DNA of 64,000 bases from contig NW_026938921.1 of assembly GCF_032062105.1 (NCBI RefSeq), positions 558,001-622,000 of the forward strand. The letters are read 5' to 3'. A program made the translations under genes and the position numbers. The notes below the pieces were generated by a model, which saw only the letters and a program-made list of their open reading frames with translations, was not told the DNA's origin and made no database searches. This document shows, piece after piece, positions 24,657 through 36,128 of the stretch; position 1 is the first letter of the stretch; each line of letters opens with the position of its first letter. This DNA is from Saccostrea cucullata. Taxonomy: Eukaryota.

Positions 24657-27200
24657 ACAAGATGTTTTTCACACTGATGCCCCCTTAATGCAGCTTTTGG
24701 CGAAGGTTATTAAAGTTTTTCAAATTCATGGCTAATTCTAAGGTTAAGAGATAAAAAATGCCCATACAATAGGACCTGTTTCGATGAATGCACATGTGAA
24801 CTAAAATTAAATCACGAGCACCAGCTTTTCAGAAGATTCTGATATAGCCAATGAAATTGGCCAATCTCAAAGGTTATGTTCAAAGTGTCAAAATTAATAG
24901 TTCCAAAGGGAAGGTCATGACACAGGAAATACACATTGTAAAATGTAAAAGCCATAACACCAATTGTTAAAAACTTTTAGCAAAGGTTATGATTTTTCAT
25001 AAAGTAGTTCAAACTCCAAAGTCAATACCAAAAGACCAAAATTGTTGGTTTTTTAAGGAAACTTATTACAAAGAATACATCTGTGAAATATGAAAGTTCA
25101 AGTTCTAATTGTTCGGAACCTATCGATTATATGAAAGTGAAAATGCATTATTTCTTTGAAATTTTTTTTATATTTTCTGCTCTGCTCCGGGATTTTTAGG
25201 AGGCAAACAAAGTAAAAAGCAGTAATTTTATCAATTTTTAGCCGGGCTTATTGCTCAAAGAGCAATTGCCGGCTTATGTGATCCTGTTCAAGGCAGGATG
25301 TTGACCCCATAGTGGCCATTTTAAAGTTACGTGCAAAAATATAGTTCTTACTCTCAACCGCTTTTGAGATAATACAAACGCTAAATAAAGCAACAAAAAT
25401 AAAACAAAGTTGTATCTATATAAAATAAACATTAGTATTAATGACTTTGAAAACTTCATAAGTCAAAGAACATAGTTCATTAGCGTAAGGATTTTTCATT
25501 ATCAGTGTTACCGTAGTTCTCTACACATACGAGGTAAAGCAGGAGAGGGAACCAGACTGGCCTGTTTGTTTACATTCAGCTGCGGTACCCAGTACCAGAT
25601 TAATTCTGATTCTGACAAAATCGGACCGTGGTATTAGGATTGAAAAACTCACTGTCCGTGTCTTACCATTTATATTGATAGTTTTAAAATAATTTTTTCA
25701 TCAGAATATAAACGTGATTCATGTAAGAAATCCATTCTACTCCGTAAATGAGCCCGGCTCTCTGTACTTCTGAGTACTTTGATTTGAATTTCTGGACACT
25801 TGGTTGAGTGATTTGTAGCTAGCAATGACTGTACTTATTTTCTTTCACCCTTGATAATTGTTCACTGTAAACAATGTAAATGAAAGGTCAGAAGAATAAG
25901 AGGAATGCAAGAATATACTCCTCTCTAGATCTTTAAATAAGGAATAGATTGCATTGATGTCTATCTGTCTGTAAGCTTTTCTTGTCTGGTTCATCTTGGC
26001 TAGGTGTGTCATACATTAAAAGTAGGTTGCTGTGACCTTCAATTGTAAAGATATGGCCAATGTGAAAAAAACCTTACTGTTTTGTTTGAAATTGATGAAA
26101 ATTTGCATGAAAATGAGAAAATTCTGAAATAAACATTTTTTTTTACTTTCTGTGACCTTTGAGTGTCCCATAACTTAAAAAGTAGAAAAAATATTTATTT
26201 TGTGACATCGCTGACAACATGTTTCTAATAAATTAAATGATATTGCATAATTCACAGAGACTTCAAAAACCAGGGACCAAAAAGGGATCTTAGGCTATCT
26301 TGTCCATGTGAAATTCATGGGGCCCAGATCAGGGGTTTTGGAGTAGGGTTTGGGCTTTTTTTTATCATAAGTTCATTAAGGTCAAGAGTTGTGGTGTTAG
26401 GATGAGCTCTGTTGATTATATAATGAAAATGCATGAACTCTTTGGAAATCTCAACTCCTGGGTATTAAGTCGATGAACTAAGTGCAGAGTTATGATAAGC
26501 ATGGATGTCCCTTCTATAATTATGAACTTCATGGCCCTTGTGTCTACAATTCTGGTGTTAGGGAGGGATTATTTTGATTCTACAGAGTAAAAATACATAA
26601 TGTTTTTTTATAACTAAATGCAAAGGTATGATGAGCAAGGGTGTCCCTTCAAAAATTGTGTATTTTATGACCCCTAGGTCAGAGTTTCCGATATTATGGT
26701 TTGGTTCTATTCATTATATTGTAAAAATGCATTAAATTTCTGCACCTGTGTGTTGATCCAATTTACTTTGTGTATGGTAATAAGTAACAATGGTGCCTCT
26801 TCCAAAGATGTGAAAATTATGTTGCTCCAGGGTCTGGGTTCATGGGTTGTCAAAGATCTTCTGAATATCTAGCAAAAGGCATGTTTACTTCAGAAATCTC
26901 CTTTGCATTCTTGGTATTAAAGAAACAAACTAAATTTTATGAGCAAACTAAGGTGTCTCTTTAAAAATTGAAAATATATGGCCCCATCTCCAGGGTCAGG
27001 GGTTCCAATGGGGTGGAGGCTCTACTGATTATATAGTAAAATGTGTCAGTTCTTTGATAAATATCTACTCTACTTTTAGGTATTAAGTAAACTTAATAAG
27101 AACTATAGAGTTATAATGATCAAGGCTGTCTCATTCATGGCTCTGGTTGAAAATATGAACCCAATTCAATTAGGGTAAAGTAGTTACATGATACTAAGGT
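24657..27200. repeat. Degenerate HINE/satellite arrays (plus-strand piece ~24657-25150; minus-strand piece ~25237-27200)
   Basis: AAACAAG..ATGCCCCC start; terminal hairpin AGCCGGGCTTATTGCTC-AAA-GAGCAATTGCCGGCT at 25240-25275; recurrent GTGAAATTCATGGCCCC..GGGTCAGGGG motif at ~140-210-bp spacing (26308, 26522, 26658, 26810, 26968). Confidence 0.6.
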
Positions 27201-27617
27201 GGCAGTTATAAAACCTGTTGCCCTATTGTTTATTTCTATTCAATTGTCCTTTTAATTTCATTAAATACAAATAATTAATTAGCATTGGTAAATAGCAAAG
27301 GTGTGGAAGTTCTCTCAGCTTGGTCTAAGAACATACACTACCCATTTTTCAAGAATTCGAAAAAGTTGTAACTAACAAAAATTCCCTTGTTAATTACAGT
27401 TTTGTTCTCTGTTTACCCGCCAGATGCCAAAGAGTGAAACAGATTTTCAAAGTAATTTTTTTCACAACAGATTAAAATTTTTAACTTTCTTCTGTTGCTA
27501 TTAACTACTGAAGCCTAGGTACTTTAAATTTATAGTTATTACAAGAATTATAAGTTTGTAATCTTGGCATTGATAGTACGTTTAATGCTTTATTATGCCT
27601 CCCACATTTGTTTTCAG

Positions 27618-29252
27618 ATGTATAAATCAAATGACAAGTATACAAGTTCACATCATAGAACCTCCTCAAAGGAACTCTACCACAACAGGCAAATATACGA
27701 GTCACAGAGAAGCCTGACCTCCCTCCTTTCCCGATCAAAGGTAACTCAAAGGCTGGAGAGGACACTAAACAAGCATTTTAAGATTACCAGACCTTGGAAC
27801 CCGCTTGATCATTTGGAAAATCTAGCATTGCCGAGTGTCTTATACTGTTATGATGATACATCTGACTCAGTATATTCAGTCCCTTCTCCAGATTACCAAA
27901 GCATGGAAACCGAAATGTCAGAAAGCATGGACACCAATATATCAGAAAGCACGGACACCAAAATATCAGAAAGTATGGAAACCAAAATGTCACACAGCAT
28001 GGAAAACAATATGTCAGAAAAAATGGAAGCCATTTTGTCAGAGAGCATCGTGGAAAATAGTTTTTCAGAAGAGGAGGACCAACAGCGTATTGTTGTGACT
28101 TATCCAGTTGCAGACTTAAATGATGATGCAGCAACAGGTCAAGACAAGTGTAATCTGAAGGACATTTCTGATCCATGGAATGATAGTGGTTATGGGTCCA
28201 TTTCTGATACACCAAGGCCAAAAGTACTTATTTATATTCCCTTAGTTAAGACAGAGAAAACAAACCCACCAATAAAAAACTGCACGGTAGTGTCAGATTC
28301 CCATGATGTCAATCCCTATACCAGCATGGAATATAAACCCTTAATGTCTGAGACCCGGAACAGAGAGGATATAAACAATGAAAACTGGGATGCAGATCTA
28401 GCTACATTGTTTACAGAGGGGGATAATGTCGCAATACAATCTGAAGCTAGCATAAGTAATTCAGGAGACGAATCAGACAATTTTTCTCCCACAGAATTGA
28501 ATGATCAAACTGCTTTCAGTCTTAAACATCAGCATCGCTTTTTCAAGTGTGATTTTTGTGACTTTACAACGTCTACCAAGGGAAAAATGAAGGTCCATTT
28601 TGAAAGCACTTTTCACACAAGTGCTGCTGAAATAATGGGATACAAATTGGATGGAATATACTTTTGTAAATCTATCATTGACCCAGCTTCTGTGTTTTTG
28701 AATGCAGAAAGAAGAACTGGTGTAAATGATTTAGTAATCTTGTGCCCTATATGCTTTACATATTATCCCACAATGTACCAGTGTGCCAATCATGCAAAAC
28801 AGAACCATGGTGAAAATGTTTATGGTATTGGAAAAGTTGTCGGACAACACTTAATCAATATACCAACTGCTTTAAAGTGTCTGTGTAGTGTCTGGTTGAA
28901 TGAAGAATCAAAATATATGAAACATTTACAAACATGTAAGCATTTTCGAATTAAGCCACAACCCAACATTTCCTTTTTGCAGGTCTGTCCATTTTGTTAT
29001 GACGTGTTCAATGATATCATTGGCTGTCGATCTCATATTCAGAGTAGACGAAAGACGCACAATGTATCAAAGTTTACGGAGGTCAACATTATTCATGTTA
29101 GGCATCCCACCATCAAAATACCGATGTTGCCATACGTTTGTGGTCCAACATTGCAAGGCACCTCAGAGACGAGAGTTATTTATTCTCATAACAAAGAGGG
29201 AGCTTTAAAAGCATGGAGAAGGAACAGGAGACAGACACGGGATGCCTACTGA
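27618..29252 (+). CDS. Zinc-finger protein with four widely spaced atypical C2H2-type fingers and an acidic disordered N-terminal half; tentatively ZNF451-like
   Basis: A 544-codon open frame in AT-rich DNA, starting at an ATG directly after a splice acceptor (TTTGTTTTCAG|ATG), so upstream exons are possible. Fingers: CDFC..H....H, CPIC..H....H, CLC..H....H, CPFC..H......H. C-terminal basic WRRNRRQTR; AATAAA at ~29322. Confidence 0.8.
   Translation: MYKSNDKYTSSHHRTSSKELYHNRQIYESQRSLTSLLSRSKVTQRLERTLNKHFKITRPWNPLDHLENLALPSVLYCYDDTSDSVYSVPSPDYQSMETEMSESMDTNISESTDTKISESMETKMSHSMENNMSEKMEAILSESIVENSFSEEEDQQRIVVTYPVADLNDDAATGQDKCNLKDISDPWNDSGYGSISDTPRPKVLIYIPLVKTEKTNPPIKNCTVVSDSHDVNPYTSMEYKPLMSETRNREDINNENWDADLATLFTEGDNVAIQSEASISNSGDESDNFSPTELNDQTAFSLKHQHRFFKCDFCDFTTSTKGKMKVHFESTFHTSAAEIMGYKLDGIYFCKSIIDPASVFLNAERRTGVNDLVILCPICFTYYPTMYQCANHAKQNHGENVYGIGKVVGQHLINIPTALKCLCSVWLNEESKYMKHLQTCKHFRIKPQPNISFLQVCPFCYDVFNDIIGCRSHIQSRRKTHNVSKFTEVNIIHVRHPTIKIPMLPYVCGPTLQGTSETRVIYSHNKEGALKAWRRNRRQTRDAY
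27900..28045 (+). repeat. In-frame 24-bp coding tandem repeat (~6 copies, SMETxMSE-like)
   Basis: AGCATGGAAACCGAAATGTCAGAA / AGCATGGACACCAATATATCAGAA and related units. Confidence 0.9.
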
Positions 29253-30186
29253 AACAGGAGCATGCCTAAGAGGAACACGTATTAATAAGAGCAGAAAGAA
29301 GTTAATCATGCTTCTCCATTTAATAAAATGGTTAAGTTGTATGAATGGATTTATTTCTCGTCTCTATAATACTGTACATAGATTTGTTACAAGTATCAAA
29401 ATTCTTTTTCAATTTTGTATCAAAGGTCATCGTATTTTGAATTTAAATTATTCCTCCACTTGACTTGAGATTAATTTATGGATTGTTTAGGGTTTTTTTA
29501 TTTCATTTATTTACGCTTGTGAAATTCTTTTTGAAATCAAATTGTAGTGAAGAATCAAGTAGATATGTTCATGCATGTTTACAGACATTAGATTAGAAAC
29601 AAATCTGTGATCATGCATGTTTACAAACAATTAGATTAGAAACAAATCTGTGATCCAACTTCTTATTAGACTATATATGTTTAAAATATGTATATTATAG
29701 AATTTCCTTGGATTTACGTTTATGAGTTTTGTTTTCTACGTTTAAATCCATTGGAAATCATCAAAAACTTTTATCCAGCTTGTCGTTGCACAAAAATACC
29801 CAAGAAATACTACAGGCACTTTCAAACATCTAATTATGTAGCGTTTTGAAAAAAATCAAACAATTTCTTAAGGATATCTTTGACTATAGATCTCATCCGA
29901 TGGAATAGTCTCCATGTCTCCTGCGGTTGGATTCAAACATGTCTGTAAACATCACTTTTTACATTGCAACTCTTGAGCCCACTCTCTAGAGCCACATGGA
30001 CGACCTCTCACTGTGTGATCTCAGCAACATTTTTCAAATTCCTGTCATTTTTACCGCTAGCTGTTTATTTATTGCAAGGGGAGATAATAGATATGACAAA
30101 CCTACAGATCTAACAGTTCTGATTATTTCTGACTACACGAAACACATTGCATGCATGTCCTTTATTTTTATCCCCATGAAGTGTTA

Positions 30187-30690
30187 ATCAAATATGGACT
30201 CCTTTTATGGTGAATATTGGTTTGATATTCACCAGAAAATTAAAATATCAATATTGACCGAGGTGAGGCCGAATTCCATATCGATATTTTTCTAGTGAAT
30301 AACTAACCATATTCATCACCGAAAGCGTCCATAATTGATTTACATTGTATTATGTAAAAAGTATCTGAATGAATAACACATTGAGGGCTGCATAACAATT
30401 CCATTTCTGTCTTGTAAAAATAAAAAAAAAGTCCAGATTACAACCCATATTTTTTTTCTTTTGCTCTGTGTTTTGAATCAAATTGTTTGAAAAATAAATT
30501 CTGCGATGGGCTTGACTAGTTTACAACTGCCACCGACCTTTATAACCATTGGTTTTAAAACGTTCGTTGAGACATTGATCTTGACGTCACAATGCCGATT
30601 CGCGCACACTGACCCCCACGTTAATGTGGATCCAAATCCAGTCAATCTATAGTAATATGATGTAGATTATACAGGAACTATTTACAAACT
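30187..30690. mobile_element. Non-autonomous element with ~150-bp hairpin (Crypton-like by inference)
   Basis: Inverted arms at 30187-30339 centred on CCGAGGTGAGGCCGA; partial paralogous copy at 34470-34890. Confidence 0.5.
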
Positions 30691-30695
30691 ATATA

Positions 30696-31408
30696 TAAAG
30701 AAGATGGGTGGATAAGGCGGACGAAGTGCCTATAGTGCGACAGATAAGAAGTGAAAAATTTAATCTCAATTATATCCAAATTTTATTTGATATTTCATTT
30801 AATATTATAGTATACTTAATGTAAAATCTCTACAATTTACAAAAATCTTACCAAGACTGAAAATATTTGCCTACGAAAAAGCATACGCACACTAAAAAGA
30901 AAAAAATCGATCATTTTCTCATACTTTAACAAAATTTTTCAATATGAGTGGGTCTTCCCTCCATTTTTTTGAAAGACAATCATAAAAGTTTGCGATAAAC
31001 TATACATTTTTTGGTTTACAAAAACATGGAGGGAAGACCCACTATACCTTAAAAGTACACTTTTATGACAAATCATTCGCATCTTTCAGAAAAATACTTG
31101 GCCATATCACAAACATGATTTAAATGTCCGAAGTTTTCATGAGCCATGTAGCATAGTGGTTAGCGTGTTAGTCTCAAAGTAGTATGATACGTAGGATTTT
31201 TATTGCTAGGGGGTTCGAATCCCACGAATATCATCTTATATTTTTATAAAATAAAGATTTTTTTCTCTCTCAGAAAAGTTTTTTTTCATAATTTCATATA
31301 TTTTGATAATGAGAAGTTAATTAAAATACTCAATTCACATATTGAATATGATTTCTTGATATCCGACGCTATAGGCATTCTGCCCGCCTTGTTCACCCAT
31401 CTTCTTTA
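30696..31408. mobile_element. TIR MITE (Kolobok-like) with internal hairpin and tRNA-like A/B boxes
   Basis: TAAAGAAGATGGGTGGATAAGGCGG..GCCTATAG versus CTATAGGC..CCGCCTTGTTCACCCATCTTCTTTA; absent from the paralogous copy at ~34890; TAGCATAGTGGTTAG (31148) and GGTTCGAATCC (31212). Confidence 0.8.
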
Positions 31409-32388
31409 TTATTGCAGAGAAAATAAGATATATAAAAGTAAATTATGGTGAGTAACTTTTTTTCCTGATCTTCTGGCGTTTTATTCATATAGTTTGTTGT
31501 TGATTTTTTGCTTCATAACAGCGATTTAGATTAATAAGTAAACAAACATGGTTCATGTTATTATTAATGGATGTAGGCGTACAAAACAAAGTCAATCCCC
31601 CGATCTTAAACAAGATATTAAAAAGTGAATAAACATTTTTACAAATTTCTGTTTGTCAGTTTCATTTTAATCTTTTACACTTTCTCTTTCCTCGTTTCAC
31701 GGATAATATAATGATTTAATTTTTTTAAATATGCTTTTAAAAGTCTTTTAAAAAAGGACCCTCATACAAAATTTGAACTTAGGTTTAAGCTTTCAAGAGG
31801 CTTCATGTGAAACGAATTTCCAGTATACACTAAGCAGGTTTGGATCTTGAGTATATCAATTACATTCACCATAAAAGAAAAATGTAAACTAAAATTTTTC
31901 AGAAAATTTCAAATTTTATACATGTATATACGTAAAATGGGTTCAAACTTTATTTCTTTGGAACATAAGACATTTTACAATATTTCTATCACTTTAAAAG
32001 TTAATGTAAAATGGACACTTGATTTTTGCTCTGACAGACCTTTTTTCATTATAAATAAGGTTTTTAAAACAATCTAAAATACTAGTCAATGATATTCAAT
32101 AAAATAAAGGAAAATAATAAGGTATACATGCTTTTATTGACAACATAATTTTGGAAAACTTAAAATTGTACATGACATCTGACAAATGAAAAATACAAAA
32201 TCCAGAGCGGGGGATTGTCATTGTCTTGTACGCACCCATCTTTTAATTTGTTATTTGTGTGGTACTTTAAATTAAACAGTCTATATACAAATTACCATAA
32301 CATATGGAAATAAGCTCAGAGGTCCATTCAAACAATACAGACCAGGAGCAGAGGAAACACAGACCTTTTAAACATCAGAAGTTGGATC

Positions 32389-32615
32389 AACCCAGGGACA
32401 TAAAACTTAGAGNNNNNNNNNNNNNNNNNNNNNNNNNNNNNNNNNNNNNNNNNNNNNNNNNNNNNNNNNNNNNNNNNNNNNNNNNNNNNNNNNNNNNNNN
32501 NNNNNNNNNNNNNNNNNNNNNNNNNNNNNNNNNNNNNNNNNNNNNNNNNNNNNNNTTTTCTAAGGAATATATATATATTCGAAAAGTGAGACTGCAAATA
32601 AAAAGATTTACAGTA

Positions 32616-32680
<65 letters not shown>

Positions 32681-32724
32681 TGAGTTCAAAAGTGATCTCT
32701 TCTAAGTTTTATGGCCCCTAGGGC
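32389..32724. mobile_element. MITE spanning the assembly gap (32413-32555) and a (TA)n tract
   Basis: CCCAGGGACATAAAACTTAGAG ... TCTAAGTTTTATGGCCCCTAGGG inverted termini. Confidence 0.65.
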
Positions 32725-35471
32725 AGGTGCCATTGAATAGTGAGTATCCCAATTGTTGACCGAACACACCCATAGTGTCCTCCTTGTCACGATCGGTTAA
32801 AACGAGAAAATTCGTAGACAAAATTAAATTTTGATAAGTGTGTAAAAATGGGCCTAATAATGGGCATTATGTATCGATATATAGGTCTTTGAAAATGTTG
32901 ACTTTCCATGAGACTAGATATTGACGTATCCTAATTTTTCTGTAAATAGCTTGCATCGTTGAAGAAATTTATCGTACGGAGGCATTCTTTTTCCCCATGG
33001 AAGTAAACAAATGTGATTTCTATTCACTGATGCTGTGTTGTCTTTCGACATTTTGGGGTGGGGGGTGGGGGTAAATGCCACACACCATTTAGTGAAAATT
33101 AAATAGATAAGTCAATATTGACTCTTTTATACAATGTATGTTTCTCAATGTCCAAAAAAAACATTTTGCACTGGTGTAGAGAGGGTATATGGTGGCATAT
33201 TTATGCAATCCACGTAATTTTTGTCTATATAGCATATCATGTCAAGTCAAGATAACTATCTCGTCAAGTCATGATAACTTTCTGGTTTGTCGACAAACAC
33301 CGACTTCATATCTTGTCCAGTCAAGATAACCAGTCACGAACAATAATGATTCCACAGTATCCACATCGCAATGTGTTTGTGGTTCCACATTCCATGTTAT
33401 ACATTGTACACGCTTGCGTAGTTTTCAATAACAAAACGGCATGCTAATAGAGGAAAACCCGGCAGGCCTGCTACATTGACAAAATCGAACAAAAAAGTGA
33501 AAATATGGCTTGAAAAAACAACCTTCCATACAAAAATTTAGTTGGTACATTAATATTATCATTGGATGAAGAAGAAACGGGATCTCGGAGACACTCGCGC
33601 GGGGTTCGCTAATGTTCTACTCTACAGGTTTGTTGGTACATGCTTTCATTTCTCGTATCTCTGTGGCTTTCAAAGAAAAAAATTAGTATAAACATAAAAA
33701 TGCACCTATGACATATAAAAATTTATATCCATTTGAAGTGCAAATTGTAGTGGAAATGCAGAAAATATATTTTGTTTGACATTTCACCGCGATAACGTGT
33801 GCTTTGGTGGATTTTCCTTTCCTGGACCCCAATACACAAAACGTCAACATTTGTACTTAATTCGGTTAAATTCGTCTGAATACACACTAAAATGTTAACG
33901 ATTATTAGTTTATCGGAGAGTTATGATATTTTACTTTTGAGAATTGCTTTTACCTTAATTATATTCCTTTGTATAAAGTAAACCCTACAGTGTAGGCACG
34001 TGCTATTGTAGAATTCACGTGGTACAAGTAAACGGATCTAAGTTGTACGATCCTTGATTTTCCGGCAGATTCTAATTACGTTGATTTTCTATGAGGGAAG
34101 GAATGTTTATGTTTCTTAAACTGCTGACTTCAACTTTATACCTTATTCCTCAATGATATATTGGGTAAATTGTATTGAGAAAGGATATGATTTGCAGCCT
34201 TACTGTCTCTTTGAAATTTAGTTCACTCAAAAATATACATAATAAAGTCCAACTTTCATATTGATTTCTTGATTTTATATTCCATTTATAAACAATGTGT
34301 CATTAAGTAGGTTTTGCAGAATGATTATTATAAATAAGTTATGTCATTAAAATTTCCAATTTCTTCAAATACTTCCATTAACATAAAATTCCACTTTTTT
34401 ATCCAGTCTGTTTAGAGAAGAATTTCAACACTGAATCGATTGAGGAAGTTTAACCATAGAAGTTTCTATAGATTTTTCTAGTGAATAACAAATCATATTC
34501 ATCACAGAAAGATTCCATAATTGTTTTTTATGCAGAAAGGATTTGAATGAATAACACACTGAATGCTGCACAACAATTCCATTTTAATCAACGTGTCTTG
34601 TAAAAATAAAAAAAAAATCCAAATTACCGGTGCAATCCATGTTTTTTTTTGTTGTTGTGTGTTATGAATCCAATTGTTTCGAAAATATTTTTGCGCTGGA
34701 CATGACTATCAATTTACAACTGCCTCAGGCCGCTGTAACCATTGTTTTCCAAGTGCTTTGAGATAACAATTTTGACGTCATAATGCTACTTCACGCGCAT
34801 TGACCCTACGGTGAATATGGCTCCAAACCCAGTGAATATGTAGTAATATGATATAAATTATATGGGAACTATTTAAAGACTATATTAAAAATGTACCATT
34901 GTAGAGAAAATAAGACAAAAAAGTAAATAAAAGCGAGTAACTTTTATTCATATATTTTTTGATCGATAATTTCTTCATAAAGGCGATTTATATTAAGTAA
35001 ACAAACATGGTCCATGTTATTATCAAATGATGTAGGTGTACAAAGCAAAGACAATCCCTTGTTCTCAAACAAGGTTTTTCTCGTTATTTCTACCACTTTA
35101 AAAGTTAATGCATGTAAAATAGACATTTAATTTTTGCTCTGATAGACCCCTCTTCATTATAAATAATATGCTTTTAAATCAAACTATAAATACTAGTCAA
35201 TGTTATTCAATAAAATAAAGGAAACTGATAAGGTATACATGCTTTTATTGACAACATAATTTTGGAAATCTTAAAATTGCAAAAATACAGAATCCAGAGT
35301 GGGGGGGGGGGGGGTTGTCATTGTTTTGTACGCACCCATCTTTTAATTTGTTATTTGTGTGGTACTTTAAACAGTCTATATACAACTTACCATAACATAT
35401 GGAAATAAGCTCAGAGGTCCATTCAAACAATACAGACCAGGAGCAGAGGAAACACGGGCCTCTTAAACATC

Positions 35472-35690
35472 AGGGTCCGCCGTCATAAAACTTTGAGAAT
35501 TCTAAAAAAATTCACAACTCAAGTCTTGAGAATTACTCAGCTGAGAATTTAAGAATAAAACAGAGTTAAAGGAATTTTTATTTTTCTCAACTTTTTTATG
35601 ACGGCCGCTGAGTCTGAGAATTTTGGATTTGAGAAAATTCTTAGACTTGAGAGCATTCTCAGACTTAAGTATGTTTTATGACAGTGTACC
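35472..35690. mobile_element. Small MITE (PIF/Harbinger-like)
   Basis: GGTCCGCCGTCATAAAAC ... GTTTTATGACAGTGTACC; absent from the paralogous copy at ~32378. Confidence 0.7.
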
Positions 35691-36128
35691 ATGAAGTGGG
35701 ATTATAGGCCATTGAAGAGTGAGTATCCCAATTGTCGACCGGACACACACATCTTGTCCTTCTTGTCACGATCGGTTAAAACGGGAAAATTCGTAGACTA
35801 TTAAGTATTTAAAATGGGCTTAATAATAAGCATGATGTATCGATATAGGTCTTTCAAAATGTTGACTTTCAACGAGGCTGTATATATATTTTTGTATCCT
35901 AAACTTATCTGTCAATAGCTTGCATCGTTGAAGAAATAATTATTTCGTACAGAGGGATTCTCTTACTTATCGAATCATTTGAGAAACATTAACCGTGTGT
36001 ATGTGATAAGGGATATATCAAAATGTTGATCTTGAGGCCAAAGCAAGTATTTTGTTCTTTTCATATATAAGACTTAAAATAAATTCAACATGATATGAAA
36101 ACAATCAATAAAGGAATGCAATTGGTAC

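Noticed and set aside
27564-27617. N-terminal 18 residues of the 562-aa ORF
   Set aside because: Starts at TTG and runs through a polypyrimidine tract and AG acceptor; likely intronic.
27784-28221. 145-aa antisense ORF and other ORFs overlapping the GPCRs and zinc-finger gene
   Set aside because: Shadow frames of real coding sequence and of the 24-bp repeat.
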